Assembly: GCA_024408075.1 (NCBI GenBank)
Contig: JAKSVK010000002.1
Coordinates: 19,676 to 83,675, forward strand
Source of the DNA: Bacilli bacterium
Lineage (GTDB): Bacteria > Bacillota_I > Bacilli_A > RFN20 > CAG-826
Direction: 5' to 3'
DNA length: 64,000 nt
Positions within the stretch are counted from its first letter, which is position 1. The number at the start of each line of letters is the position of its first letter. Of the stretch, positions 40,573 to 50,766 are shown piece after piece. The notes beneath the pieces are model-generated. The model was not told the DNA's origin and did no database searches. It saw only the letters and a program-made list of their open reading frames with translations. The translations under genes were made by a program, and so were the position numbers.

Positions 40573-41025
40573 TTAATCCTTCCTTTCTGATATATGTACT
40601 TTAATTTCACCAATGATACCTTTATATAATTCGATTCTAAGTTTGTAATAACCAACAGTATCAAGGTTACCTTTATCTACAAATTTTCTTTTATCAACAA
40701 CGATGCCATATTTAGCTTTAAGTTCTTCTTCAACTTGTTTAAGTGAAATGGATCCAAAAGCTTTTCCATTTGATCCTACTTTAGTTTGAAATTCTAGTGT
40801 AATTTCAGCTAATTTATTCTTAATAAGATTTGCTTCTTTTTTTGCATTTTCTTCAGCAATTCTGGCATCTTCTTTCTGATTTTCAAGAATTTCTATACTT
40901 TTTTTACTCACTGGAACAGCAAGTCTATTCTTTATCAAAAAGTTATTAGCATATCCATCACTAACAGTAACTTTTTCATTCTTTTTTCCGAGCTTTTTAA
41001 CATCTTGTAATAATATAACTTCCAT
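40573..41025 (-). CDS. rplI: 50S ribosomal protein L9
   Basis: 150 aa beginning MEVILLQDVKKLGKK. Confidence 0.9.
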   Translation of the reverse strand: MEVILLQDVKKLGKKNEKVTVSDGYANNFLIKNRLAVPVSKKSIEILENQKEDARIAEENAKKEANLIKNKLAEITLEFQTKVGSNGKAFGSISLKQVEEELKAKYGIVVDKRKFVDKGNLDTVGYYKLRIELYKGIIGEIKVHISERKD

Positions 41026-41027
41026 AA

Positions 41028-43058
41028 CTACACCTTATGTACATTTTGTGCATCACTCATTGCATCATTCAAATATTTATCAACAGTCTCAATTAATAAT
41101 TTTTCGACCTCTTCAATATCACTCTTATAGAAAGTAGCAGCAGCCATAGTAAAATGACCTCCACCACCCATTTTTTCACAAATGAGAGAAACATTAATTA
41201 ATCCATCACTTCTAGCAGATAGTTTAATTTCTTTAGATGAAATTCTTCCTATAACAAATGAAGCATGAACACCTTTCATTGATAAACAGGTTGTTGCAGC
41301 TTTTGAAATTGCGACATTATCATAATATGTATTTTTATCAGCGATTGAATAAACAACACCTAAATTAAGTGTTTTAACATTGCTTAATAATGAAGTTGTT
41401 TCTTTATATTCTTCATAATCATCTTTAAGTAAGTCATCAGCTAAAGCATTATTAGCACCAAATTCTTTAAGAATTGTTGAACTTTCAAATGTTCTGATAC
41501 CTGTGTTATTACTCTTATAGAAGTCACTATCTAAGAAAATTCCAGAAAGCATAATTGTCGCATAAGTTGGAGAAACATCAATACGAGGTGAAATAGAAGC
41601 ATATCTAATTAATTCAGTAATGATTTCTGTTGCACTACTAGCACTTGGATCAATATAATCAAAGACTAATGACTCAATATATTCTTCACCACGACGGTGA
41701 TGATCAATAACAACAATACGACCACTCTTTTCAAGTAAGTTAGGTGCCATAACCATGTTAGGTGTATGAACATCGACAACAACAATTAATGTATTTGATT
41801 CAACTAAACCTTCAGCAGCTTTAGAAGAAACAATTAATTTTTCTAATTCTTGTTTATTAAAGCATGAAGTAATTGCGCTTCTGGTTTTACCTTCGGTAGC
41901 TTTTAAATCAATAACTAAATTAGATGGGACATCACATCTATCACAAATAGCTTTAATTCCTAAACAGGATCCAAGAGAATCCATATCTAATTGAGTATGT
42001 CCCATGATAAGTACATTACTAGCATTACTTATTAAATTAATAAGAGAATCAGCTAAAACACGAATACGTACACGATTACGTTTTTCTTGTGCTTCAGTTT
42101 TTCCTCCATAGAATTCCATTTCACTACCATAAACACTTACAACAACCTGGTCTCCACCACGGCTCATTGCAATACTTAATGCTGCTGTAGCAAGTTCATT
42201 TAATTTAACAACATCAGGGAAGGAGGTAGCTAATCCAATGGAAAGAGTTAATGGAATATGCTCGCCTTCACTAGCTTCTCTAACTTTATCAATAACCGAG
42301 AAATGATCTTCCTTCATTTTTTGGAAAGATTCATTAGTACAAAGCATTGAATAATTGCTATCTTTAAATCTTCTTAAAAGAATTCCAAAGTTTTTAGCAT
42401 AATCAAAAATAATATTTTTAACTTTTGAAATTGTATCGTTATAGTCTTCTTCACCTTTAACAACTTCATCAAAGTTATCAATAGATAAAATTCCAATTAC
42501 AGGAGCTTGTTGTCTGCTGTAAGTATAAATTTGTTCGTAATCAGTATTGTCTTTAAAGATCCATAATCCTGCTTCAGGGAGATATTTTACTTCGTAATTT
42601 CTGTTATTAATCATAATTTTAGAAGTGCTATCAATAGAATTATTATCTTTAAGTTCAGCTAAACGAGGCTGCCATTCAAGAATGTTTTCTTCAATAATAT
42701 CGATATGACGTTCTCTGAAAAGATCATTAGTCCAAAGAATGACATCATTTTCATCTGTAATAACAAGTCCAAGCATTGCAAAGTTATATGCTTCTTGAAT
42801 ATCTTCTCCAATAACTTCTGCTGCTTTTAAGTCTGATTTATTTCTATAAGAAGAATAAATAATTCCAATTACCCAACAGTAAATAGCACATACACCAATA
42901 ACGCAAACTAAAGTAATGATGAGATATTTTTCTTCAAGTAAATCAGCAAAACCGCCGGCGTTAGTGAAATAACATCCAGCAATTGCAGCTGCACCTAAAA
43001 GTAAAACAACTACCAATACATAAGTTACGATGCTTAAAGTGTTTAGTTTCTTCTTCAT
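41028..43058 (-). CDS. gdpP: cyclic-di-AMP phosphodiesterase GdpP (DHH/DHHA1)
   Basis: 676 aa with two N-terminal TM helices, a PAS/GGDEF-like middle region, DHH (VIDHHRRG) and GGGH motifs. It lies upstream of rplI-dnaB, as in Bacillus yybT. Confidence 0.85.
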   Translation of the reverse strand: MKKKLNTLSIVTYVLVVVLLLGAAAIAGCYFTNAGGFADLLEEKYLIITLVCVIGVCAIYCWVIGIIYSSYRNKSDLKAAEVIGEDIQEAYNFAMLGLVITDENDVILWTNDLFRERHIDIIEENILEWQPRLAELKDNNSIDSTSKIMINNRNYEVKYLPEAGLWIFKDNTDYEQIYTYSRQQAPVIGILSIDNFDEVVKGEEDYNDTISKVKNIIFDYAKNFGILLRRFKDSNYSMLCTNESFQKMKEDHFSVIDKVREASEGEHIPLTLSIGLATSFPDVVKLNELATAALSIAMSRGGDQVVVSVYGSEMEFYGGKTEAQEKRNRVRIRVLADSLINLISNASNVLIMGHTQLDMDSLGSCLGIKAICDRCDVPSNLVIDLKATEGKTRSAITSCFNKQELEKLIVSSKAAEGLVESNTLIVVVDVHTPNMVMAPNLLEKSGRIVVIDHHRRGEEYIESLVFDYIDPSASSATEIITELIRYASISPRIDVSPTYATIMLSGIFLDSDFYKSNNTGIRTFESSTILKEFGANNALADDLLKDDYEEYKETTSLLSNVKTLNLGVVYSIADKNTYYDNVAISKAATTCLSMKGVHASFVIGRISSKEIKLSARSDGLINVSLICEKMGGGGHFTMAAATFYKSDIEEVEKLLIETVDKYLNDAMSDAQNVHKV

Positions 43059-43194
43059 AGTATAACTATTATATATTAATATTATACGAATTGCGATTTA
43101 ATAATCGCAAAATAAAAAAATCTCGATACAATCAAGATTTTGTTGTTGTTATTATTTTATATATAAATAATATTTCTATCAATACAATATATCC

Positions 43195-43225
43195 AAAAAA
43201 TAAAAAATCTCTTCAAAGAAGAGAT
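43195..43225 (-). terminator. Rho-independent terminator
   Basis: Stem ATCTCTTC/GAAGAGAT (43207-43214 / 43218-43225), followed by a T-run on the minus strand. Confidence 0.6.
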
Positions 43226-43245
43226 TAATTAATCTATTAATGCTT

Positions 43246-43887
43246 TTATCTTAAAACAAGAGTACAAACAAGAGCTAAGCAAGTCATCATCACAGGGATG
43301 TATGGCTTTAAAATAATCTTATCTAATTTAATATTTGGTGTTTTAACAAATGTTTTGATTAAGTATGCGATTAAACCAACGACCAAGGTATAACCAATAG
43401 CAATTAAGTTAGAGTAAACTGCATATTCAATCCATTTTGCACTTCCGTATTGGAATGGAGCAAATTGAATAAAGCTTGCTGATAATAAATAAACAGTATT
43501 TGCTAAAGCAAAACAGCCAAACATTTTCCAAGAAATTAATTCTTTTGGTTTTACAAATGCAACCACTCCAGCAAATGCTAATGATTCAAGAAGAATATAA
43601 GCACAAGGTCTTAATGAAAGAGCAAAAATAGCACATACAATTGCTTTAATACCAGCAACTAAAATTCCCATATAAGCAATACCACGAGCATTGCCTGATT
43701 GTTTGTAATACATTCCCATAATTGCAAAAGCAATTGGAACTAAAATTGTTGTAGCGCCACCCCAAATACCAGCAATTCTAATAGCAGGCAAATGTAAGAT
43801 TGTTCCAAGTGTAGCTTCAACTATTCCCCAGACTGCGCCAAAGAATAAAACAGTTAGAAAAGTTTTCATGTGATTGTTCTTTTTCAT
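43246..43887 (-). CDS. polytopic membrane protein, unknown function (possible small-molecule transporter component)
   Basis: 213 aa with about 6 helices. GAGGTG precedes the ATG. It is divergent from the XdhC-family gene. Confidence 0.45.
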   Translation of the reverse strand: MKKNNHMKTFLTVLFFGAVWGIVEATLGTILHLPAIRIAGIWGGATTILVPIAFAIMGMYYKQSGNARGIAYMGILVAGIKAIVCAIFALSLRPCAYILLESLAFAGVVAFVKPKELISWKMFGCFALANTVYLLSASFIQFAPFQYGSAKWIEYAVYSNLIAIGYTLVVGLIAYLIKTFVKTPNIKLDKIILKPYIPVMMTCLALVCTLVLR

Positions 43888-44047
43888 AAAACACCTCGTA
43901 AATGACTATTCTTATTTTTCTAAATTAAAGGAAAATTTTCAAGAATAAAATTTTTCTCGCACGCGCAGTCATTAACCTTAAATGACACGCTCATAAAAAT
44001 ATTTTTTTAGTTATAAATTAGACTGATTATTTTGTTAAAATGGTAGC

Positions 44048-44899
44048 ATGCAAAACATATATGAAAAAATCAATGAGTTAAGAAAGCTTGGCAAGGATCT
44101 TGTTTTAGTTACTGTGACTGAAAAAGAAGGCATGGGTCCAGCTGATGTTGGCAAAAAAATGCTTGTTGATGAAGATAATAATGCTTTAGGAACTGTCGGC
44201 GGAGGAGCAATTGAGTTTTACGCTAGAGAAAAATGTAAAGAAGTTCTTAAAGAAAGAAGATCATTCTCTGAAAAATATCTACTTTCTGGTAAAGAGGTAT
44301 TTGTTGATAAAGAAAATGTAGTACTTCCAATGGCATGTGGAGGGAAAGTTACTTTATTTTATGAATTTGTTGGTCCTAAACAATATTTATATATATTTGG
44401 AGCAGGTCATTGTGGAGCTGCACTAGCAAGAGTTATTAAACCTTTAGGTTTCCACACAACTATTATCGATGAAAGACAAGTAGTTATTAATCAACTTGAT
44501 GATTCTGCAGATATTAAAGTAGCAGAAGGATTTGTTGATTACATTCATAATCATGGTTTAAGAGAAAACGCTTATATTGTCGTTTGCACTCCTAGCCATA
44601 CAAATGATTATCATGTTTTAAATGCAATATTAGAACAAAAATATAAACCAGCCTATTTTGGAATGCTTTGTAGTAAAAAGAAAATTGCTGAATATATGGA
44701 AAAGGCTTATGAACAATTTGGCCATGATATTAAGCTCGATAATTTCTATTCTCCAATCGGTCTTTCAATTGGTGGCAATTCACCTGAAGAAATCGCCATT
44801 TCAATTGCAGCCGAAATACTTTCTGTTTACTACGGAAAAGAAGATATTAACTCTCATTTAAGAGATACATTAGATAAAACTATTTTGCCTAAAAAATAA
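44048..44899 (+). CDS. XdhC/CoxI-family accessory protein
   Basis: 283 aa with an N-terminal XdhC_CoxI-like region (LVLVTVTEKEGMGP...GTVGGG) and a Rossmann-like C-domain (LYIFGAGHCGAALARV). Confidence 0.7.
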   Translation: MQNIYEKINELRKLGKDLVLVTVTEKEGMGPADVGKKMLVDEDNNALGTVGGGAIEFYAREKCKEVLKERRSFSEKYLLSGKEVFVDKENVVLPMACGGKVTLFYEFVGPKQYLYIFGAGHCGAALARVIKPLGFHTTIIDERQVVINQLDDSADIKVAEGFVDYIHNHGLRENAYIVVCTPSHTNDYHVLNAILEQKYKPAYFGMLCSKKKIAEYMEKAYEQFGHDIKLDNFYSPIGLSIGGNSPEEIAISIAAEILSVYYGKEDINSHLRDTLDKTILPKK

Positions 44900-44927
44900 A
44901 AAAATACGTTGTTTTTGCAAGGAAATT

Positions 44928-45611
44928 CTAATTATTTCCTATTTTTTTCACACATTTATAAGTTATAGGAAGCATTAAAACTTCAATTACAATTTCGATT
45001 CCAGCATAGGTTAACGCACAAAATAAACACTGCACAAATGTCCAATGAAAACCATCCAAAAATATCGGTGCAAAAATCATGAAAGTAAAGATATTGAAGA
45101 TTAAATTATCCAATAAAGTAGAGGCGGCTGTTGAGCCGATAACTCGTGTTGTTATTGCTACTTTATTTTTTGAATCTTTAAATCTATTTCCTATGAAGTG
45201 ATTAAGAATTGCATCAAACGAATTGGAACAAACAAATGCTATTGCACTACTAATTATGACAAACCATGTTCCACTAAATACTTTTGTGTAAATGTCACTA
45301 TTCTTAACCCCAGGTATAAAAGAAATTAAATAGAGAATTAAACTAACAAATAAACTTGTTGCTGTAGCAAGAATTGTCATTTTAATTGTAGCTTTAGGGC
45401 CACGAGTAATAGTTACAACATCAGAAATAACTACTGCAACCCATGTAATAATAATTCCACCATCAATAGCGATAAGATTATTTTGGTATATAGTTTGTCT
45501 AGCAAATATATTCATTAAAATTACAGTTATGATAAAAAGCCCAAGAAGAATTCCAGGAATGGTTTTTATATCAGCTATAAAATTTCTAAATATATTTTTA
45601 ATTTTTGTCAT
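44928..45611 (-). CDS. VUT-family (YhhQ-like) queuosine-precursor transporter
   Basis: About 227 aa with 6 TM helices and YhhQ/DUF165-like blocks (VISDVVT, STLLDNLIFN). The start is set at ATG 45611; the track start is 45659. Confidence 0.55.
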   Translation of the reverse strand: MTKIKNIFRNFIADIKTIPGILLGLFIITVILMNIFARQTIYQNNLIAIDGGIIITWVAVVISDVVTITRGPKATIKMTILATATSLFVSLILYLISFIPGVKNSDIYTKVFSGTWFVIISSAIAFVCSNSFDAILNHFIGNRFKDSKNKVAITTRVIGSTAASTLLDNLIFNIFTFMIFAPIFLDGFHWTFVQCLFCALTYAGIEIVIEVLMLPITYKCVKKIGNN

Positions 45612-45710
45612 GAATCTATTATAAATATATCTTTTAAACCTGTATATTGATTTAATCAATACATTAAATATTTAATGACAATCTTAGGTATATACATTAA
45701 AATATACCTA

Positions 45711-48224
45711 ATGAATAACATTTTTAACCACTTAAAAGTTACGCTTATCAATAATGATATTTTAAGGTTTGAATATTGCCCAAATGACAACTTTTCAAAT
45801 CAAGAATCACTATTTATTTCAAACAAAAAAGCAAGCAATAATCAACTAACATTTAATAAAATGGACGTTGTTTCTTTTTCATACAATGATTTTGAAATTT
45901 CTTTTTTAGAAAGTGATCCACTTAATACTTTAAAAGTTAGTAAAGATAACAAAGTTATTTATTCATATCACAATATTAAAAATACTGGTGAACTTGCTTT
46001 ACCAAATAAGACACCTGAAGTTTTTCCTTTAATGGATTTTCCACGACTTCTTATTCCTTATGATGGATATGTAAAAAATAATGATGGTTTTATTCTTCAA
46101 AAAGATGTTAAAGATTTATACTTATTACTTTGTAATCATGATTATAAAAAATTAAGAAAACAATTTATTTACTTAACAGGCAAAAATGAAATGCCTAGAC
46201 TTAAGAATTTTGGATTATTCTCTTCTAGATATTATAGATATAGCCAAAAAACTGCTATGGATATGATTAGAAATTATGAAAAACACAAAATTCCACTAGA
46301 TACATTTATTTTAGATACTGACTGGAGAGATATGGAAAAACTTCAGGGATGTGGATATACAGTAAATAAAGAACTATTCCCAAATTTAAAAGAATTTTTC
46401 CGTTTTGCACATTCTCATAATCTCCAAGTTATGATGAATGATCATCCACTACCACTTAGAAATGATTTAACTGTATTAGATGAAGAAGAAATCGAATATC
46501 GTCAATCAAATTTAACTTCATTTTATAATCAAGGTCTTGATGGCTGGTGGTATGACCGTAACTGGATTTGTAAATTAAATAGTGTTGATAATCTTATCGC
46601 TTCTGAATCCTTAGGAAATTATCTTTTCCATGATGTAACTAAACAATTCCATTTAGGATTTGTCATTGATCAAGAAGTTTATAAGCGTAGCTTAGTTATG
46701 AGCAATATCAATAATATTCATAACGGACAATATAAAGAAATTTTAGATTCAAGAAGCCATAGATATTCACTTCAATGGAGCGGAGATACTTTCTCTGATG
46801 AACAAACTCTTAGAAATGAAATTGTTAGCTTAAATAAATGTGCTAATAACATGATTGCATATTACTCATCTGACATCGGTGGTCATATGGGCAATCCAGA
46901 TAAAACTCAATACATTAGATGGATGGAATATGGAGCATTTTCTCCTGTTATGCGCCCACACTGCACATGTGATGTAAAGAAATTCAGAGAGCCATGGAAT
47001 TATGATAAAACAACCTTAAATATATGCAGAGACTATATCAATATGCGTTATCGTTTATTGAATGTTTTCTACACTGCTGCATTTAAGAATGTTGATTCAG
47101 GATTAGGTATCTGTTCACCTTTATATTTAACTTATACAAATGATAAAAAAGCATATAAAGAAGAAACTTCTTATTTAATTGGAAACTCAATCTTAGTTTC
47201 TCCTATTTCAGGGGCAGGAAAGCCTCATTCATTAACTAAGAGTAACTTTACTAATAAATTAAGATTAACTATATATCCAAATGATAAATTCCAAGGACCA
47301 GTAAGTTATTCAAAAACTGTTTCATCTTTTAAAGATATAGAAAAATTCTATAAAAGTGTTAAAACTAAAAATCCTAAAGTTAAAAAATTCTCATTTAGAT
47401 ATAAAGGAAATTTACTTTTCAAACATGATTATCAATTATCTTTGCAACATAATGTAGAAACTAGAATATATATAAATAATAAAGAAATACTTAATGATTT
47501 TGGTCACTACTATCCATGGTTTAATGAACTTTCAAGATGTAAAAAGAATAAACAATATCATTTAGTTGTTGAATCAGTTCAACCAAGAAAGACTAAGTTA
47601 TTAGATCTAATCTATTATCCAATTTATAAAAATTCTCATAAATATAAATTTTACCTTCCAGAAGGTGAATGGTTTAATATCTTCCACCGTAATGTATATC
47701 AAGGAAAACGTTATATTAAAGAAAAATATAAACTAAATGAGACTCCTGTTTTTGTTAAGGCTGGTTCTTTACTCGCTTTATATAAAACAGTTGATAACAT
47801 TTCTAAAATGTCTCTTAAAAATATTGTTTATGATTATTACACTTCTAAAAAAGAAGACATTAATGATTTCTTCTATGAAGATGATGGGATTACTACTGCC
47901 TACTTGGTTGGTGAATACCGTAAAAATGAATATCACACATACTTTAAAGATAATAAGTACATTATTGAATTAAAAAAGACTAACAAGATATTAGATGATG
48001 ATATCAAATTTAGGAACGTTATATTCAAAGCTCATATAAGAGATAATGAAACTATTGATAAAGTATTAATTAATGGCGAAGAAATAAAATTTAGACGTCA
48101 TGATCACAATAAAAATTCATTGCCTTTTGTAGACAATGAATTTTCGAAAGATTCAAAAACACTTACTTTTAAATTTAGACAAAATATTTTTGAAAACTAT
48201 ATTATTGAATTAAAAATAAGATAA
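45711..48224 (+). CDS. glycoside hydrolase family 31
   Basis: Contains GH31-type blocks KIPLDTFILDTDW, GLDGWWYDRNW and WSGDTFS. No signal peptide is present. An alternative upstream ATG lies at 45675. Confidence 0.7.
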   Translation: MNNIFNHLKVTLINNDILRFEYCPNDNFSNQESLFISNKKASNNQLTFNKMDVVSFSYNDFEISFLESDPLNTLKVSKDNKVIYSYHNIKNTGELALPNKTPEVFPLMDFPRLLIPYDGYVKNNDGFILQKDVKDLYLLLCNHDYKKLRKQFIYLTGKNEMPRLKNFGLFSSRYYRYSQKTAMDMIRNYEKHKIPLDTFILDTDWRDMEKLQGCGYTVNKELFPNLKEFFRFAHSHNLQVMMNDHPLPLRNDLTVLDEEEIEYRQSNLTSFYNQGLDGWWYDRNWICKLNSVDNLIASESLGNYLFHDVTKQFHLGFVIDQEVYKRSLVMSNINNIHNGQYKEILDSRSHRYSLQWSGDTFSDEQTLRNEIVSLNKCANNMIAYYSSDIGGHMGNPDKTQYIRWMEYGAFSPVMRPHCTCDVKKFREPWNYDKTTLNICRDYINMRYRLLNVFYTAAFKNVDSGLGICSPLYLTYTNDKKAYKEETSYLIGNSILVSPISGAGKPHSLTKSNFTNKLRLTIYPNDKFQGPVSYSKTVSSFKDIEKFYKSVKTKNPKVKKFSFRYKGNLLFKHDYQLSLQHNVETRIYINNKEILNDFGHYYPWFNELSRCKKNKQYHLVVESVQPRKTKLLDLIYYPIYKNSHKYKFYLPEGEWFNIFHRNVYQGKRYIKEKYKLNETPVFVKAGSLLALYKTVDNISKMSLKNIVYDYYTSKKEDINDFFYEDDGITTAYLVGEYRKNEYHTYFKDNKYIIELKKTNKILDDDIKFRNVIFKAHIRDNETIDKVLINGEEIKFRRHDHNKNSLPFVDNEFSKDSKTLTFKFRQNIFENYIIELKIR

Positions 48225-48293
48225 GGAAATATTTACTTTTATAAGAAAAATATACGGGTTTTACTGTTATTTTTAATATTTTTAAAATTAAAG

Positions 48294-48614
48294 CTAAAAA
48301 TTAATTAAATCACTAACTAATTTATTTTCTCTTCTTGAATCAAGAAATTTATCTACAAAAACTGTTGTTTCATTTACGCTATACAAAACAATATATCTTC
48401 CATTAGGCAATACAAATTTCCGAATTTGCTTTCCTAAAACAGTCAAGCCTTCAACAACTTGGTACCGAAAAGGAAATTCTTCTAAAGATTTGATTTCTTT
48501 AAAAATAACACTCAATTCTTTATCTGCAGAATTTTTATTTACATTTGCTAAAAATCTTATTGAGTCCAATATTGAATTTTTAGCATCTTCTGAAATAACA
48601 ACCTTATATATCAT
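48294..48614 (-). CDS. type II toxin, RelE/ParE family
   Basis: 106 aa, overlapping the antitoxin stop by 4 nt. Size and sequence are typical of this family. Confidence 0.65.
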   Translation of the reverse strand: MIYKVVISEDAKNSILDSIRFLANVNKNSADKELSVIFKEIKSLEEFPFRYQVVEGLTVLGKQIRKFVLPNGRYIVLYSVNETTVFVDKFLDSRRENKLVSDLINF

Positions 48615-48874
48615 AATTTTAAAATTTTTCTAATATCTTCTTCAGCATCACTCAAAGAACAATCTTTTGCACCAGTTAATCTTTTATATTCAATATCTAA
48701 TAATTCTTCTTTTAATTTTAATAATCTTTCTTTTCTTTCAAACGCTTCAATTGACATTAAAACTAAATCGCCTTCTCCATTTTTTGTTAGGTAAATAGGT
48801 TCATTTATTTTTTTGCATTTTCTTGATATTTCGTTGTATTTATTTCTTAATAATGTTGATGCAATAATTTCCAT
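48611..48874 (-). CDS. type II antitoxin, Phd/YefM family
   Basis: 87 aa with the N-terminus ...EPIYLTKNGEGDLVLMSIEAFE, typical of Phd/YefM. GGAGTG serves as the SD. Confidence 0.7.
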   Translation of the reverse strand: MEIIASTLLRNKYNEISRKCKKINEPIYLTKNGEGDLVLMSIEAFERKERLLKLKEELLDIEYKRLTGAKDCSLSDAEEDIRKILKL

Positions 48875-48930
48875 AATTCACTCCATTAATTTTATTGATA
48901 TAATTCTATCATTATTTTTGTATTAGCACA

Positions 48931-48959
48931 ACAAAAAGAGACCTTATTTCTAAGATCTC
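48931..48959 (-). terminator. terminator of the GGGtGRT operon
   Basis: The minus-strand RNA forms GAGAUCUU-agaaau-AAGGUCUC (one G-U pair), followed by UUUUUG. Confidence 0.55.
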
Positions 48960-48981
48960 AAATTTTAAAACAATCAGGTTA

Positions 48982-49986
48982 TTATTTTGCTAATGCTTGA
49001 GCAACTGAAACAGCAACAGCAACTGTGGCACCAACCATAGGGTTGTTTCCCATTCCGATAAGTCCCATCATTTCAACGTGAGCTGGAACTGAGGATGAAC
49101 CAGCAAATTGAGCATCACTGTGCATTCTTCCCATTGTATCTGTCATACCATAGCTTGCAGGTCCTGCAGCCATGTTATCTGGGTGAAGTGTACGTCCTGT
49201 ACCACCACCTGAAGCAACTGAGAAATATTTCTTGCCTTGTTCAATACATTCTTTCTTGTATGTACCAGCTACTGGGTGTTGGAATCTAGTTGGGTTAGTT
49301 GAGTTACCAGTAATAGAAACATCAACACCTTCCATATGCATAATTGCAACACCTTCACGAACATCATCAGCACCATAGCAACGAACTGCTAATCTATCTG
49401 GGTTATTACCATATTTTGTTTCTTTAACAATTTCAACTTTACCAGTGAAGTAGTCAAATTTTGTTTCAACATGAGTAAATCCATTAATTCTAGAAATAAT
49501 CTTAGCAGCGTCTTTACCTAAACCATTTAAGATAACTCTAAGTGGTTCTTTACGAACTTTGTTTGCTTTTTTAGCAATACCAATTGCACCTTCAGCAGCA
49601 GCGAAACTTTCATGTCCTGCTAAGAATGCAAAGCATTTTGTTTCTTCTGATAAAAGCATTGCGCCTAAGTTACCATGACCTAAACCAACTTTACGATCAT
49701 CAGCAACTGATCCTGGAATACAGAATGATTGTAATCCAACACCAATCCATTTAGCAGCTTCAGCAGCATTTTTTGCTTTGTTTTTAATTGCAAGAGCAGC
49801 ACCGACTGTATAAGCCCAACATGCGTTTTCAAAACAAATAATTTGGATGTCTTTTACCATTTGGTAAACATCTAAACCTTTGTCTTTACAAATCTTTTCT
49901 GCTTCTTCAAGTGAAGCAATGCCATTTTCATTTAAGCACTTATTGATTTGTGCGATTCTTCTTTCATAACCTTCGAATAAAGCCAT
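48982..49986 (-). CDS. GGGtGRT-family protein (function unknown)
   Basis: 334 aa containing the eponymous motif SVASGGGTGRTLHP and a Gly/Ala/Met-rich C-terminus. AGGAGG serves as the SD. Confidence 0.75.
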   Translation of the reverse strand: MALFEGYERRIAQINKCLNENGIASLEEAEKICKDKGLDVYQMVKDIQIICFENACWAYTVGAALAIKNKAKNAAEAAKWIGVGLQSFCIPGSVADDRKVGLGHGNLGAMLLSEETKCFAFLAGHESFAAAEGAIGIAKKANKVRKEPLRVILNGLGKDAAKIISRINGFTHVETKFDYFTGKVEIVKETKYGNNPDRLAVRCYGADDVREGVAIMHMEGVDVSITGNSTNPTRFQHPVAGTYKKECIEQGKKYFSVASGGGTGRTLHPDNMAAGPASYGMTDTMGRMHSDAQFAGSSSVPAHVEMMGLIGMGNNPMVGATVAVAVSVAQALAK

Positions 49987-49998
49987 TGTCAGAACCTC

Positions 49999-50694
49999 CT
50001 ACTCTTTACGTGGGTCAATGAACTTGACACCATCATCATATCTACCATATTGTCCTTTAGCTTTTTCTAAAGCAGCTTCAGGAGTTTCACCCTTCTTTAA
50101 GAAGTCAGTGAATTTACCAAGTGATAAATATTGATAACCAATAATTTCATTATCTTTATCTAATGCCATAGAAGTAATATAACCTTCGGTTAATTCAAGA
50201 TAACGTGGTCCTTTTTCTTTTGTGGAATAAATTGTTCCAATTTGTGAACGTAATCCTTTTCCAAGATCTTCAAGTCCTGCACCAATTGCAAGTCCATCTT
50301 CTGAGAAAGCTGATTGAGTTCTACCATAAATAATTTGTAAGAAGAGTTCTCTCATAGCTGTGTTAATAGCATCACAAACTAAGTCAGTATTAACTGCTTC
50401 TAAAAGAGTTTTACCAACAATAGCTTCGCTAGCCATAGCAGCTGAGTGAGTCATGCCTGAACAGCCTAATGTTTCAATTAAAGCTTCTTCAATAATGCCC
50501 TTCTTAACATTTAATGAGATTTTACATGCACCTTGTTGTGGAGCACACCATCCAATACCATGAGTAAAGCCACTAATGTCTTCGATTTTTCTTGAATATA
50601 CCCATTTACCTTCTTCAGGAATTGGAGCACAACCATGAGAAGCACCGCAATTGACTTTGCACATGTTTTCTACATCTTTTGTATATTTCATCAA
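49999..50694 (-). CDS. NifU/IscU-like Fe-S scaffold homologue (atypical)
   Basis: 231 aa with a Cys-rich N-terminus (C12, C16, C22, C50, C57) and an IscU-like block IETLGCSGMTHSAAMASEAIVGKTLLEA. GGAGGG serves as the SD. Confidence 0.65.
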   Translation of the reverse strand: MMKYTKDVENMCKVNCGASHGCAPIPEEGKWVYSRKIEDISGFTHGIGWCAPQQGACKISLNVKKGIIEEALIETLGCSGMTHSAAMASEAIVGKTLLEAVNTDLVCDAINTAMRELFLQIIYGRTQSAFSEDGLAIGAGLEDLGKGLRSQIGTIYSTKEKGPRYLELTEGYITSMALDKDNEIIGYQYLSLGKFTDFLKKGETPEAALEKAKGQYGRYDDGVKFIDPRKE

Positions 50695-50766
50695 TATATC
50701 CCTCCTAATGTAACCATAAATATATTAAATATTTAATTAAATAATGTAAACAAAAAGGAAAAAGAT

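Noticed and set aside
50724-50737. Perfect 14-bp palindrome ATTAAATATTTAAT upstream of the NifU-like gene, a possible operator.
   Set aside because: It is composed only of A and T, and such palindromes arise easily by chance in this composition. It is mentioned only in case a regulon search finds more copies.
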